DNA from: Octopus vulgaris
Lineage: Eukaryota
Direction: 5' to 3'
Length of the DNA stretch: 64,000 bases
NCBI GenBank assembly: GCA_951406725.2
Contig: OX597821.1
Span: forward strand, 13,888,001-13,952,000
Under the pieces are notes generated by a model. It worked only from the letters and a program-made list of their open reading frames with translations, was not told the DNA's origin and did no database searches. Positions 13,516-26,968 of the stretch are shown here, piece after piece. How positions within the stretch are numbered: the stretch's first letter is position 1; each line of letters starts with the position of its first letter. The position numbers and the translations under genes were made by a program.

Positions 13516-14550
13516 ATACCAAAATGAAATTATACTGGACCTAGTAATGGACGTAGTTAATGGCGCATCACTAATTATGTTCTTGCTCGTTAATAACACA
13601 ATCGTTCTGTTTATATTTCAATAATGGAAGAAAAAAAACTCTTTTTAAATGTTTCAAAAGGTGTTTAAATGCATTTAGACGTAGGCATGGCTGTGTGGTT
13701 AAGAACTGCTTGGTCTCGGGTTCGGTCCAAGCGTGCAACACCTTAGATAATTGTCTTTTATTATAACCGTGGGCAGACCAATACTTTGCGAATGAATTTC
13801 GCAGCGAAAACCAAGTGAAATTTCGTGATTCATTTTTGATTATATAACTCGAAGCAAATAAAGCTATGGAAGTCAACTTTTTCTATCTAAATGTTTTTTT
13901 AAACTCAATATTTGCACGCTGTTATTTATAGCTTTATCTACTTCGATCGATTTCAATCAGTAAAAGCTAATTCTCTCGAAGTTTCTAAAGTTCTTATGAC
14001 ATAAACAATATATGTTTGTACCCCTTCCACCGTTTGACAACCGGTGCTGATTCGTTTACGTCTCCATAACTTAGTGGCTCGGCAAAAGGAACTGATGGAA
14101 AAAGTTCCACACTTGAAAAAAAAAATACTAGAAGTGGGGGCGATTTGTTCGACTAAACCCATCAAGACGGGATCCCGCATAGCCACAGTCCAATGTCTGG
14201 AACAGGTAAATGATAAAAGAGAAAAGAATATAAGGATTGAAACTGATCTAAATATATTATTTTTAAGAAAACAATTATGACCCTTCAAAACACTCGGCGA
14301 GCCCATCGCTTATAGTTGGTGCTACCTTGTTAGCTAACAACAGTCTCGGGGTGACCTGCTGTATTCGAGTGTCGGATAAGCTGCATTGTAAGAATTGCTC
14401 CGGCTCTCTGCGCTCTTGAGTATACATATGTCTGTGTGTGGAAGTAGGGGTGTGTTCTTACTATAGAGTACAAATATGTACTTTTATATCTCTGTCTAAA
14501 AACGAAATGCCAGTCTACATAATGAAGCAGATTGGGTGTTTAGATATATA

Positions 14551-14654
14551 CGAGGGGTACATGAAAAGTTTTGAGCCTTCAAGGCCTTTGAGCCTTGAAG
14601 TCTTGTACCGTGTTTTGTATTTTTGAGGCTCAAGACTTTTCATACACCCCCTCA
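14551..14654. mobile_element. Mariner-type MITE
   Basis: TA|CGAGGGGTACATGAAAAGTTTTGAGCCT ... AGGCTCAAGACTTTTCATACACCCCCTCA|TA; TIR start resembles the mariner end at 4212. Confidence 0.8.
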
Positions 14655-14714
14655 TATAAATAAATAAATATATATGTGTGTGTGTGTGTGTGTGTGTTAT
14701 TTGTATATGCACAT

Positions 14715-14767
<53 letters not shown>

Positions 14768-15495
14768 TGTGTACGTATGCGTGTGTATTTACACAAAACA
14801 CATGGAAGCATATGTGGGCGTGTGTACGCATATATATATATATATATGTACACACACGCATATATCATACTTGCATTCTATATATATCATATATTATTAT
14901 ACATACATACATACAAACATACATACAGATAGATAAATGTGTGTGTTTAGAGACACGCACATGCATATATACATACACATATACGCACACACAAATATTC
15001 AAGTATGTAAGTGTGTATTTGACTACAGTACATATTCATTACTATTTATATTCCATAGCTCTGGTTAAAAGGTCAAGAGATTCACAGGATACAGAGATAA
15101 ACATGCACATCATATATATTTGATCTTACAAAATATACATGGTTTGTAAGCTACTGTTTATTTAGTATGAGACTATCTGTGTGTCCAACACATAACATGT
15201 TTAGGCAAGGTCTACGTATCGTATATTTAAAGAAACTGGTTTGTTATACAATGTACACGCTTTAATTTTTCCTCTTGTGTTACGTCAGTATGTCACTTGT
15301 ATACGGATATGCACATACTTGCATTCATATGTACACACACACACACACACACATATATATAAATATCTTATAAGCAAGGGCTAAAGAAGATTATTCTAAA
15401 GCCAATACACCGATATTCCACATTTGATCTGCTTGCTACATAAAATTGAACTGAAAATCGGGCAACTAACCGTTGGAACGTTTAATTTTTGTTAT

Positions 15496-15554
15496 CTCAA
15501 TATTGAATCAATTTCGGAATTAACCACATAAGGGTTCGATCTTCATCAGTTGAG
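15496..15554 (-). ncRNA. Type I hammerhead ribozyme-like motif (stem II decayed)
   Basis: Minus strand CTCAA-CTGATGA-[AGATCGAACC..GGTTAATTCC]-GAAA-TTGATTCAA-TA-TTGAG. Confidence 0.6.
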
Positions 15555-15884
15555 TGTACGAGGGGATATAAGTAAGGTACTCACATGCGTCCATGGAAAC
15601 AGCCGAAGCGGATAACACAAATACATTTAAGTAACTCAATTATATCTAAAAATAAAAATTCTTAGGTCAGTCTCAGGACAACATGACTTCTCGCCGCTAC
15701 ATATTGTAGTGGTTACAAGTCCCTTGTAGCAGGCAGTAATGGGTTTACTACTATTAAAAAGGATGAAGCTTTGAATCTACAAATGTAATATCCCTGCATA
15801 TCTCACATCTATTTTCATCCCTCCACTACACTCTCTACACTTTCGTATCTTATCTTAACTATTGCTTAACCATTTTCTCACACT

Positions 15885-15932
15885 GTCTCCGATGAAGGGA
15901 TATAACAAATATCCTGGAAACAGCTGTAAGAC
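15885..15932 (+). ncRNA. Minimal type I hammerhead ribozyme-like motif
   Basis: GTCT-CCGATGA-A-GGGATAT(AACAA)ATATCCT-G-GAAA-CAGCTG-TA-AGAC; palindromic CAGCTG stem III; sister copies at 60297-60344 (+) and 28143-28199 (-). Confidence 0.65.
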
Positions 15933-16123
15933 CTTCTATTTATAAATGTTCTAAAATCTTCACAGCCTTGGTTTTTTTATCTCTTTCTGAAAAAGAAAAT
16001 TATATATATATATATATATATATCTCGTTTACCTCAATTGACTGCAACCCTGCTTGCGCTTATGTATCAGTGTATACGTACGCGAGCACCATACACGCAT
16101 ACATATATATGTGCGTATACACA

Positions 16124-16161
<38 letters not shown>

Positions 16162-16689
16162 AAAATATTCATTGAAATATTGTTAACATTGAAATTATAC
16201 TTATATTTTAATATATCTTATAATGCTCTTAACCTACCAAATCTCATTTAAATGAAATCACATTTAAAGATTGAATATAAGGCGGGAGTAAAGTTTCGCC
16301 TAATTGTTCGTTGTATTTATGTATTCATTTCTTTATTTTATTATTCAATTATTATTTTATCGTTAATTTTATTTAATTAATTATATATTTTCTGTAATTT
16401 GTCTCATTTCTCAACGAATAAACTGCTATTTACTTAACCTTTAGCATAATAATTACGATTTGTTTATAGTAAAACATATATCTTTTCTAATGTCAATTAT
16501 AATTCTATGTTTTGTTATTCACACTTCATAATTACAATATCTTATATTACAGCCATTATCTAAACGATCAATTTGATATATTATTAATACTATAATATAT
16601 CCACCAATCTTCTCTGCCTGCCATTTCTGGGAGGTTTGTTGGGGTAGAGCCCTCAGCCATAGGTTCGGTCTGTCACTATAGGGTTTTAT

Positions 16690-17700
16690 CAGAAACAACC
16701 GTCATAACACTTTCTGGTTGGATTCCCAACTTTGAATATTAGCTAACCATCTCGTTTTTCACATGTTGCTCGGTCTCTTGCCGGTTGGCTCGACTCGAAG
16801 AATCCGCCTTGCGATTCATTCCTGCAACATTCTAACCAGATATCTGTCGTATCAGAGCATGTCCATAGAAATAGCTCGACCTGGAGAGACTCTTTGATCT
16901 CCGAGTTATGCACCCTGTCAAGTAACGTTTCTGCAGAGTTCCTTCGGAGGAAGCTTATTTCGGCCTCTTCTACGAGGGAGTGTTGAAAAGTTTCGGGCTT
17001 TAAGGGTATCGCGAAAAGTTTGGTTTGAGGCTCAACCTCCTGAGTTCTTTTACAGGATTTAGAAAACTGAAGGACTGCTGCAATAAGTGTGTGAATCTGA
17101 GGGGAAAATGTTGAATAAAATCATAATTAACTGATCCTCCTGTATTTTCTTTTACCCTAATCCAAGAATGTTCAGCACTTCGTATTCGCGATCATACTCT
17201 TTCTATCATTACCCAACATTCATGACCATAAGTAAACCGAATCGAAGACAATGAATTTGACCTTTTTACCAACCTCTCCTCTTCTGAGAATCAAATGCTG
17301 TAACCGGCAATTACTGTGCCAGCACCTACAATTCTTGTATCCGATTCAGTCTCCTGTTTTCTATCACCCGTGAATACGACCCTGGGGCACTTAAATTTCT
17401 CCACTAATATGTAGAAAGCACTGGGAAGGTTTTCTTGAGTGGACCAATGTCTCAGTTTCTGTAACAATAATTCTCATCCCTGCCTTGCAGCAACTCAGCA
17501 GCCAACACATTCGGTGCATACTGAATCATTTTCTGAGGAGCCAAGCAGCACTATGTCGACTGCAAATATCAGCCGACCGATTCCGCACCCTCTGATTGTG
17601 ACACCAATTCCACAATGGCTACACTTATCTAATTCATAAAAATTATGAGGAGAGGAGATGAAATTTAAAACACGCCTTGAAAGATTTCGACACAAACATC
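16690..17700 (-). mobile_element. Degenerate RTE-clade LINE reverse transcriptase fragment
   Basis: Minus-strand peptides RLIFAVDIVLLGSS (cf. LLFADD), VEKFK, TYGHECWVMIER*SRI and EEAEISFLRR, typical of the RTE ORF C-terminal half; stops and frameshifts present. Confidence 0.8.
16973..17182. mobile_element. Mariner-type MITE nested in the RTE fragment
   Basis: TA|CGAGGGAGTGTTGAAAAG ... TTCAGCACTTCG|TA; the RTE reading frame resumes on either side. Confidence 0.75.
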
Positions 17701-17839
17701 TGGGCATACATATAAGGACTTTTGCAGTAATTTCAATTTATTGTTTATACTGTTATATATGTTAATATTATGTGTACTTTTCCATTATTTAAATAGTGGG
17801 TCAAATCTTCATTATATAAACCATCTTATGGCTACTGTG

Positions 17840-18176
17840 TGGAAGCGCAATGGCCCAGTGGTTAGGGCAGCGGAGTCGCGGTCATAGGATCGCGGTTTCG
17901 ATTCCGAGAACTGGCGTTGTGAGTGTTTATTGAGCGAAAAACCTAAAGTTCCTCGAATCTCCGGCAGGAGGTGGTAGCGAATTTTATTGTATTCTTCCAC
18001 CACAACTTTCTCTCACTCTTTCTTCCTGTTTCTGTTGTACCTGTATTTCAAAGGTACAACAGAGTTTGACAAGGGCCTTGTCAAACTCTGAATCACGTTA
18101 AGGGTGCACGGGTCTGTGGAGTGCTCAGCCATTTGCACGTTGGAACCCTCGTCGTCGTAACCGACGGAGTGCCACG
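17840..18176 (+). mobile_element. tRNA-derived SINE (family C)
   Basis: TGGCCCAGTGGTTAGGGCAGCGG...GGTTTCGATTCC head; homologous minus-strand copy at 58763-59143. Confidence 0.8.
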
Positions 18177-18705
18177 CATGCATGTATAGCTACTGTGCCG
18201 TGTATTTAAAACTTCTGTCTCGCCTATTATTCTTTCTACATTAGGGAACCATAAGAATTCTTGGCTCTTATTCGCATTCTACATTTAAATTAGTCCTCAT
18301 AAAATACGAGCTTCTGGTCTTCTTCCGATCAACGATGTTGAAATTTTCTTTCTCTGACTCAACAACTCTGATTATAAATTGTATACTCACCTTTATGTCT
18401 CTCTCCTCGATCGTATCGGATGAAGCCACGAGAAAGATTAGTTGAAGTTGGAAATGGTATTGTATACCTGAGCTTTTGTTTGATGAATACAAATAACCCA
18501 TTTATGTAACTGGAAACTATTTGTACATACATACTGCTATGCATATACATGTATAATATACATAGATGCGTACATGTATACACACATTAATACATGCATA
18601 CATTAATACATACATACGTACGTACATAAATATGTACAGATGTACACGCACAGTATCTACTGATTACCGAGCTAAATAAACAACTTGTCATTATATTATA
18701 TATAA

Positions 18706-19140
18706 GGCGCAGGAGTGGCTGTGTGGTAAGTAGCTTGCTAACCAACCACATGGTTCCGGGTTCAATCCCACTGCGTGGCATCTTGGGCAAGTGTCTTCTG
18801 CTATAGCCCCGGGCCGACCAATGCCTTGTGAGTGGATTTGGTAGACGGAAACTGAAAGAAGCCTGTCGTATATATGTATATATATATATATATATGTGTG
18901 TGTGTTTGTGTGTCTGTGTTTGTACCCCTAGCATTGCTTGACAACCGATGTTGGTGTGTTTACGTCCCCGTCACTTAGCGGTTCGGCAAAAGCGACCGAT
19001 AGAATAAGTACTGGGCTTACAAAGAATAAGTCCTGGGGTCGATTTGCTCGACTAAAGGCTGTGCTCCAGCATGGCCGCACTCAAATGACTGAAACAAGTT
19101 AAAGAAGTTAAAGAATTAAAGAATTAAAGAATTAAAGAAT
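18706..19140 (+). mobile_element. tRNA-derived SINE (family A, young), full length
   Basis: GGCGCAGGAGTGGCTGTGTGG (A box)...GGTTCAATCCC (B box), internal (TA)n(TG)n, tandem-repeat tail; more than 10 similar copies in the window. Confidence 0.92.
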
Positions 19141-19150
19141 ATAAGCTTAA

Positions 19151-19372
19151 GGCAGCGAGCTGGCGGGAAAGTTTGCACGGCGGAGAAATTGCTTAGCGGC
19201 ATATCGTCCATCTTTACGTTCTGGGTTCAGAATCCGCCGAGGTCGACTTTGCCTTTCATCCTCTCGGAGTTGATAAAATAAGTACCAGCTGAGCACTGGG
19301 GTCGATGTGATGATTTGATCGACTTAGCCCCTCCCACGAAGTTCCTGGCCTTGTGCCAAAATTCGAAACCAT
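19151..19372 (+). mobile_element. SINE family B
   Basis: Core GCCGAGGTCGACTTTGCCTTTCATCCT..GATAAAATAAGTACCAG shared with copies at 29992, 43096, 33338, 20747 and 56236-56900. Confidence 0.82.
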
Positions 19373-19560
19373 CATATTATGAGGCACTGAAAAATCAAAA
19401 TCCCGTCACAGATCTCTTGAATTCTTTGTCAGTGAATTTGGTCAACTAAGATTCTTCCAACCGCAGGCACGTGCACACACTTACACACACTCAATCACAT
19501 TCACACACACACAATCACACACACAATCTCATATACATAAGCACATTCGCGCACACACAC

Positions 19561-19602
<42 letters not shown>

Positions 19603-19689
19603 ACACATCATTTAAAGTATTGTTTTGTATTGCAAAATAAATAAAACGCAGAAAATAAATAAAACTACAATAAATTTGGCTTCTTTTAG

Positions 19690-19734
19690 AAATCCAAGAG
19701 ATTCTGAATGGCACACATAAACTTAAAAGGACAG
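19690..19734 (+). CDS. NOS1AP: 45-nt symmetric (phase 1/1) exon of NOS1AP-like gene: (E)IQEILNGTHKLKRT
   Basis: TTCTTTTAG|AAATCC...GGACAG|GTAAGT; length is a multiple of 3; open only in phase 1, the phase required by the exon at 35006. Confidence 0.65.
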
Positions 19735-19879
19735 GTAAGTCCTCCATAACAAACGACTTTAGTCTGCTTTTGTGCAACTAACAAAAGGTAAGCTATGTCG
19801 ATAGACATAACGCTACCTCACCTGTGTTTATTAATATGTTTTACTAACTAGAAATCCTAACCTAAGTTATTGTATGTAT

Positions 19880-20137
19880 GTTGTTTGTTCCTTGTCGAGC
19901 CACGCCTGGCTCATAAGGGCGGGTTTCCTTGGCGCCGGTCCGTCGCAGGTGAGCTGCAAGATGCAGGAGGAAAGAGTTGTGGCGAAAGAGTCAGCAGAAG
20001 ATCGCCATTACCTTCTGCCGGAGCCAAGTGGAGCTTAGGTGTTTCGCTCATAAACACACTCATCGCCCGGTCTGAGATTCGAACCCACGATCCCTCGACC
20101 GCAAGTCCGCTGCTCTAACCACTAGGCCATGTGCCTC
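19880..20137 (-). mobile_element. tRNA-derived SINE (family C-related)
   Basis: Minus strand GAGGCACATGGCCTAGTGGTTAGAGCAGCGG...GGGTTCGAATCTC head. Confidence 0.75.
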
Positions 20138-20590
20138 TATGTATGTATGTACGTGTGTGTATATCTGCATGTATGTGTTTGAAGTTGGCTGATTGATAAG
20201 ACGGTGGATTAATAAAGATTTATACTTTCTATGGTTTATTTTATAATTTTAATATATATTTAGGCTATCTCTAGAAAATTGGAAAATTCAAGAATCCGGA
20301 CCAATTCCGGTTGCAAGCTTGCCGGATATTTGTTCCGGTACTGTACTTTAATGTGTTAGATTTTATCGTTATTTATTGACAGGTTTTATCTCCCCTGTCC
20401 TTTTGGAAAAGAATTCATCATTAAGATAACGATTTTCCTCTCTCCTTACAATAGCTGTAACATTAATTCATTCCAATATCTTAACTCGGTACATTAAATA
20501 TCTTAATACACATTTTACTTTTAACTTTTAGTTTAAATTTTTAGCTTTTAATTCAAATTTGTTCACTTCGCTTTTCTTACAGTTTTAAAA

Positions 20591-20746
<156 letters not shown>

Positions 20747-20873
20747 TCTGCCGAGGTCGACTTAGCCTTTCATCCTTTCAGGGTCGATAAATTAAGTACC
20801 AGTCGAGTACTGGGGTCGATGTAATCGATTATCCCCCTCCCCCAAAATTTCAGGCTTTGTGCCTATAATAGAA

Positions 20874-21578
<705 letters not shown>

Positions 21579-22518
21579 CCTTATTATAGTATCCTTACTT
21601 AATCTTGGATCGAATAATTTATGCTTTATTTTGGCAGTTCTCTTCATAAAATTATTATTATTTCAGATACCAAAATTCTTCTTTTTTAGTTCAAAACTCA
21701 TTAGAATCCGTAATACTTCAGTTCCTGATTTTCGATTTCATTATCTTATATTGGGAAACTCATAAATATTTCGTTACAAAATTCCCCTTTTATTTTTAAA
21801 CCAATAATCCTTTAACTTTTGTGTGTGTGTTGTTGTTGTTGTTTTCATTTGTTTTAGTTTTGTTTTTGGTGGAGGGTTATATAAGGATTTTTATTGGACA
21901 ACGTGTTATTTTGAGTTCCGCTTCGATTTTCATCATGCTTTTCTCTTTCTAATCTTTCGTTCCTTTTGTGGATTAATTAATACATTTAGAATTTAATAAC
22001 CATTTTTTTTTTTAGTAGATGTTCAATTATTTCTTTTGCGTCACTTATTCGTTGTATTCAACGTCCTTAAAATTCATAACTAACTATTTTTAAAACTTTT
22101 ATAACCATTTTTTGCAATCTCTAGTTCTTTGCGTCTTTGCTTCCTTATTAGAATTTGCTTGTGTTCTGCGATTAACGATTTTTGTGGAGTTTTTCAATAT
22201 ATTTTTGCAATGTTTTTTTTTTATTCTTTGGCTTAGAATGTTTGATGTTCAAAACGTTTTTAGAAATATGCCAAATAATTAATTTGGGATTCAATTTGTT
22301 GCTTTTTGTTGTTATTGTTATTGTTTTTATGTATTTTTAAACTTTTTTATTCATCAGTTTTTTTCTCACTTATAAATACATACATGCATACATATGTATA
22401 AGTATATATATATGTATGTATGCATACATGTATGGATGCATGCATGCCTGTATGTATGTATATATATATATGTACATACATACATACACACATATATATA
22501 TATGTGTGTGTGTATGTA

Positions 22519-22556
<38 letters not shown>

Positions 22557-22852
22557 CATATATATATACACACACATATATATATGTGTGTGTGTGTGTG
22601 ATTATATTTATATATATTTCAAAAATTTAATAAATACACAACAAACGGAAAATTTTACAAAATTATAACAAACAGAAAATTCGTAGCTAATTCCTCATCA
22701 GTCAACGTCAAAGAGATCATTACAATTTCTTGTCTTTAAAGTTGGTATTGTTCACTTTGGAGAAAATCCACTGGGAACTAGCTGACGAGCGTACTGGAGA
22801 ATGGCAAAAGCAAATACGACGAAATAAAATACACACATGCTCACAAACATTA

Positions 22853-23247
22853 GGCGCTGGAGTAGCTGTGTGGTAAGTAGCTTGCTAACCAGCCACATGG
22901 TTCCGGGTTCAGTCCCACTGCATGGCATCTTGGGCAAGTGTCTTCTGCTATAGCCCCGGGCCGACCAATGCCTTGTGAGTGGATTTGGTAGACGGAAACT
23001 GAAAGAAGCCTGTCGTATATATGTATATGTATATATATATGTATGTGTGCGTGTTTGTGTGTCTGTGTTTGTGCCCCTAGCATTGCTTGACAACCGATCC
23101 TGGTGTGTTTACGTCCCCGTCACTTAGCGGTTCGGCAAAAGAGATCAATAGAATAAGTACTGGGCTTACAAAGAATAAGTCCCGGGGTCGATTTGCTCGA
23201 CTAAAGGCGGTGCTCCAGCACGACCGCAGTCAAAAGATTAAAAGAGT
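22853..23247 (+). mobile_element. SINE family A
   Basis: Colinear with the 18706 copy. Confidence 0.9.
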
Positions 23248-23265
23248 ATATGTATATGTAAATAT

Positions 23266-23347
<82 letters not shown>

Positions 23348-23493
23348 GGAGAGAGAGAGAGAGAATATGGGGGTGATCACTGGTGATCTAAAAGAATAGG
23401 TACGCTGGGTAAATGTTTTAACGGATTATAATGGTTCCAAGCTCGTAACTGAGACGAGAGCTATGGATCCATTTTAGGTTTCCGAATAACCAG

Positions 23494-23801
23494 ATATATA
23501 TCTGTGAAAGAGGACAACAAACGCCGAGACATAACAAGCATCTCAATTCATGTACATTATCGTATATTATTCTTAAGTTAGTTGAAGTTTTACAGCTATT
23601 TCTGATAGGCGAGTATGCCTAAATATGGGGTACTCCATCGGAGACAAGTAGAAAATATATGAAAGATCTAGACATGGAAAATTAGCAGATAATAAGCGAT
23701 GAAACAGAAGAGTAAAGAATAAGGAAATAAGAAAATAATGTATATGAATTGAGATGCTTGTTATGCCTTGGCGTTCGTTGTCTTCTTTCACAAATATATA
23801 T
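23494..23801. repeat. Inverted repeat (arms 23494-23560 / 23735-23801)
   Basis: TGTGAAAGAGGACAACAAACGCCGAGACATAACAAGCATCTCAATTCAT versus ATGAATTGAGATGCTTGTTATGCCTTGGCGTTCGTTGTCTTCTTTCACA. Confidence 0.88.
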
Positions 23802-24030
23802 ATATTAAAATTATAACTTAAGGTATCTACGAGATACCGCCATGCTGAAAATAGCAGCCAGGATCTGACTCTAAAACCACCTTAAGTTTTCATATAGCAC
23901 AAGGAGAGAAGACGAAAAGACAAAATAAAACTAGTAAAAAATTACTGGATAATTCCAGATCCCGGATTTCTGATTTTGCATTTAGAAATGCTTTGCCTCA
24001 TCAGTGTAATATACGCTGAGAGAAACATAA

Positions 24031-24061
<31 letters not shown>

Positions 24062-24121
24062 CAACATACGAATACTTACATATATGAACGTATACACAGC
24101 TCACAGCACAACTCCCATGAC

Positions 24122-24379
24122 TTAAGGGAACATTTTTTCACGCTGAGAGTTGCTGAAGCATGGAACAAACTGCCGGCATCGGTTGTTAGTTGTCGGAGCA
24201 CTGCATCCTTCAAAACTTCCATGCTTTCTGAGATTCGCCAACACTACACCTGATTTTCTCCCCTCCATACACACACAAGCATGTATCTGACTCATACATT
24301 GTTCGCTTTCCAGACATTTGTACATTACTGCATATACTCTGACAAGTTGTGGTGCACCTGAGCACTGTACACAATAATT

Positions 24380-24442
<63 letters not shown>
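24122..24442 (+). mobile_element. CR1-clade LINE 3' end
   Basis: LREHFFTLRVAEAWNKLPASVVSCRSTASFK..* matches the CR1 ORF2 C-terminal motif (FFxxRVxxxWNxLP...SFK); followed by a 3' UTR and an (ATT)n tail. Confidence 0.85.
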
Positions 24443-24449
<7 letters not shown>

Positions 24450-24719
24450 GCACGTATGCATCATGACCAGTTTAAAATGCCCGCTTCTAAATTCCATGTG
24501 CGATATGGTTAAAACATCACCGCAGTAAATACATTGACGAAATAAATTTATATATATGTATATGTACGTTTGTATGTATGTATGTATGTATCTGTGTATA
24601 CATGTGTGTGTGTGTGTACAAAAATGTATGTATATATATATATACATATGTGTGTGTTTATAGATATTATGTGTCTTGGTGAGCAAAAACAAGGTGGAAG
24701 CCTGTGGTACACACACAAA

Positions 24720-24761
<42 letters not shown>

Positions 24762-25268
24762 CAAAGTAAGATTCATTTACAGTGACAGAACTAAATGTTT
24801 TCAAGTCTTTAGCTTTTTGCCATTCTATTCCTGTATTAAGACCCCACGGAGTTGTCTTTGCTTTACATCTTTCGCAATCGATAATATTAATACTAAACTT
24901 ATAGTCGTTAAAGCATCCAATAAAACACTTTACAACATTAGTTAACGCTCTGCGATCTGAGTTGATATCCAATTACGGTCTAGTTCACCTCTCATCTTTT
25001 CAGTTCTTTAAGCAAGACACTGTATCACTAAACTTGACTAAACAGCCGGTGATTCGAATAATTTTGTGTATTCATTTCTGAGAAATAATAACCATCGGTG
25101 AAATGGTGCAAGCGTCTTATGTAGGAGATAGTTTTTGATCTTTGATTAAAGCAAGTTCACTTCATTTTCATCGTAATAACTCTGAAAGACATGAATGCAT
25201 GTTTTTCATAGAGCCTGTATATATATGTGTGTGTGTGTGTATGTGTATAGGAAATTTATCAGTGTACA

Positions 25269-25323
<55 letters not shown>

Positions 25324-25473
25324 ATCTGAATGGAGCAGACTAGGAAAGTGAGAGAACAGATGTTTTTCCGATTCGTTTACAGCTGTTTCGTAATCTTATT
25401 AGTTATATGATAGATATTACTTTAATATTTGCATGAATATAAAGTATACATATAAATATGCGTGTACACCTAC

Positions 25474-25514
<41 letters not shown>

Positions 25515-26347
25515 GATGGGTGCTGAGAAGTAAACTAACCAAGTTTCAGCACGATTCATGATTGTCCAAAATATCAACTCTATTTATGTATGTATGTATG
25601 TATGTATGTATGTATGTATGTATGTATGTATGTGTATGCATGCATGCATGCATACATACATACACATACACACACATACATACATACATACATACATACA
25701 TACATACATACATACATACATACATACATACATAGTTACATTGCTGTAAAATATATTTCGTGCTGGGAGTATATTAAATAGCACACTAGACGTAATTATA
25801 CGATGAGATAAAAATTACATTAGTGAATAAACACTTTTCTCCAATTTTCAAAGAAGTAAGGGAGGTAAATCTGGACATGTTTTGGTCTTATTCTGAACTC
25901 TTCACCTAACCGTATATTCCCTCATACTTGCTTAAATAGTGATGAAGGAATAACTAAATGAAGGTTCAAAATAGACACATTTATTGGCATAAGAGTATAG
26001 AAACATTTGCAAAATAATCACACCATCTGCATGAAAACCAATAGTTGAGTTAGTGTTGATATAATTAATTCATAAATTATTGGAAAACAAACTAGAAATA
26101 ATTATGGAATGCGAAATAAAGGATGCTAATCAATGTTTAATACTAAATTTTCATTAGTCAGTGATTAATATCAATCAATATCACTCTACACTTCCATAAT
26201 TCACTATACATAAAGTGTGAGAGCTCGTAGACAAGTGGTTAAAATGTTTGGATCACGATCGGCTCAAGGGGCTTCGGCTGGGCAGTGCATCGGGTCCTTT
26301 GGCTAGGTACTTCATTTCATAGACAAATACGAGGATGCCAAATACCG

Positions 26348-26968
26348 TACTCTTTTCCTTGTTTCAGTCATTTGACTGCGGCCATGCTGGAACACCGCCT
26401 TTTAGTCGAGCAAATCGACCCCAGGACTTATTCTTTGTAAGCCTAGTACTTATTCTATCGGTCTCTTTTGCCGAACCGCTTAGTAACGGGGATGTAAACA
26501 CACCAGCATCGGTTGTCAGCGATGATGGGGCGGACAAACACAGACACACAAACACACACATACACACATATATACTCTCTCTCTTTTACTCTTTTACTTG
26601 TTTCAGTCATTTGACTGCGGCCATGCTGGAGCACCGCCTTTAGTCGAGCAACTCGACCCCGGGACTTATTCTTTGTAAGCCCAGTACTTACTCTATCGGT
26701 CTCGTTTGCCGAACCGCTAAGTAACGGGGACATAAACACACCAGCATCGGTTGTCAAGCAATGCTAGGGGACAAACACAGACACACAAATACACACACGC
26801 ATATATATATACATATATACGACGGGCTTCTTTCAGTTTCCGTCTACCAAATCCACTCACAAGGCTTTGGTCGGCCCGAGGCTATAGTAGAAGACACTTG
26901 CCCAAGGGACTGAACTCGGAACCATGTGGTTGGTAGACAAGCTACTTACCACACAGTCACTCCTGCAC
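26348..26968 (-). mobile_element. Two adjacent SINE family A copies (one partial)
   Basis: 3' half at about 26348-26560 and a near-complete copy at about 26575-26968. Confidence 0.88.

Noticed and set aside
17840-17915. tRNA-like sequences at SINE heads
   Set aside because: They continue into SINE bodies and lack a full cloverleaf, so they are not tRNA genes.
18587-18934. Recurrent ORF RQASFSFRLPNPLTRHWSARGYSRRHLPK... (many copies)
   Set aside because: Antisense translation of SINE family A, not a gene family.
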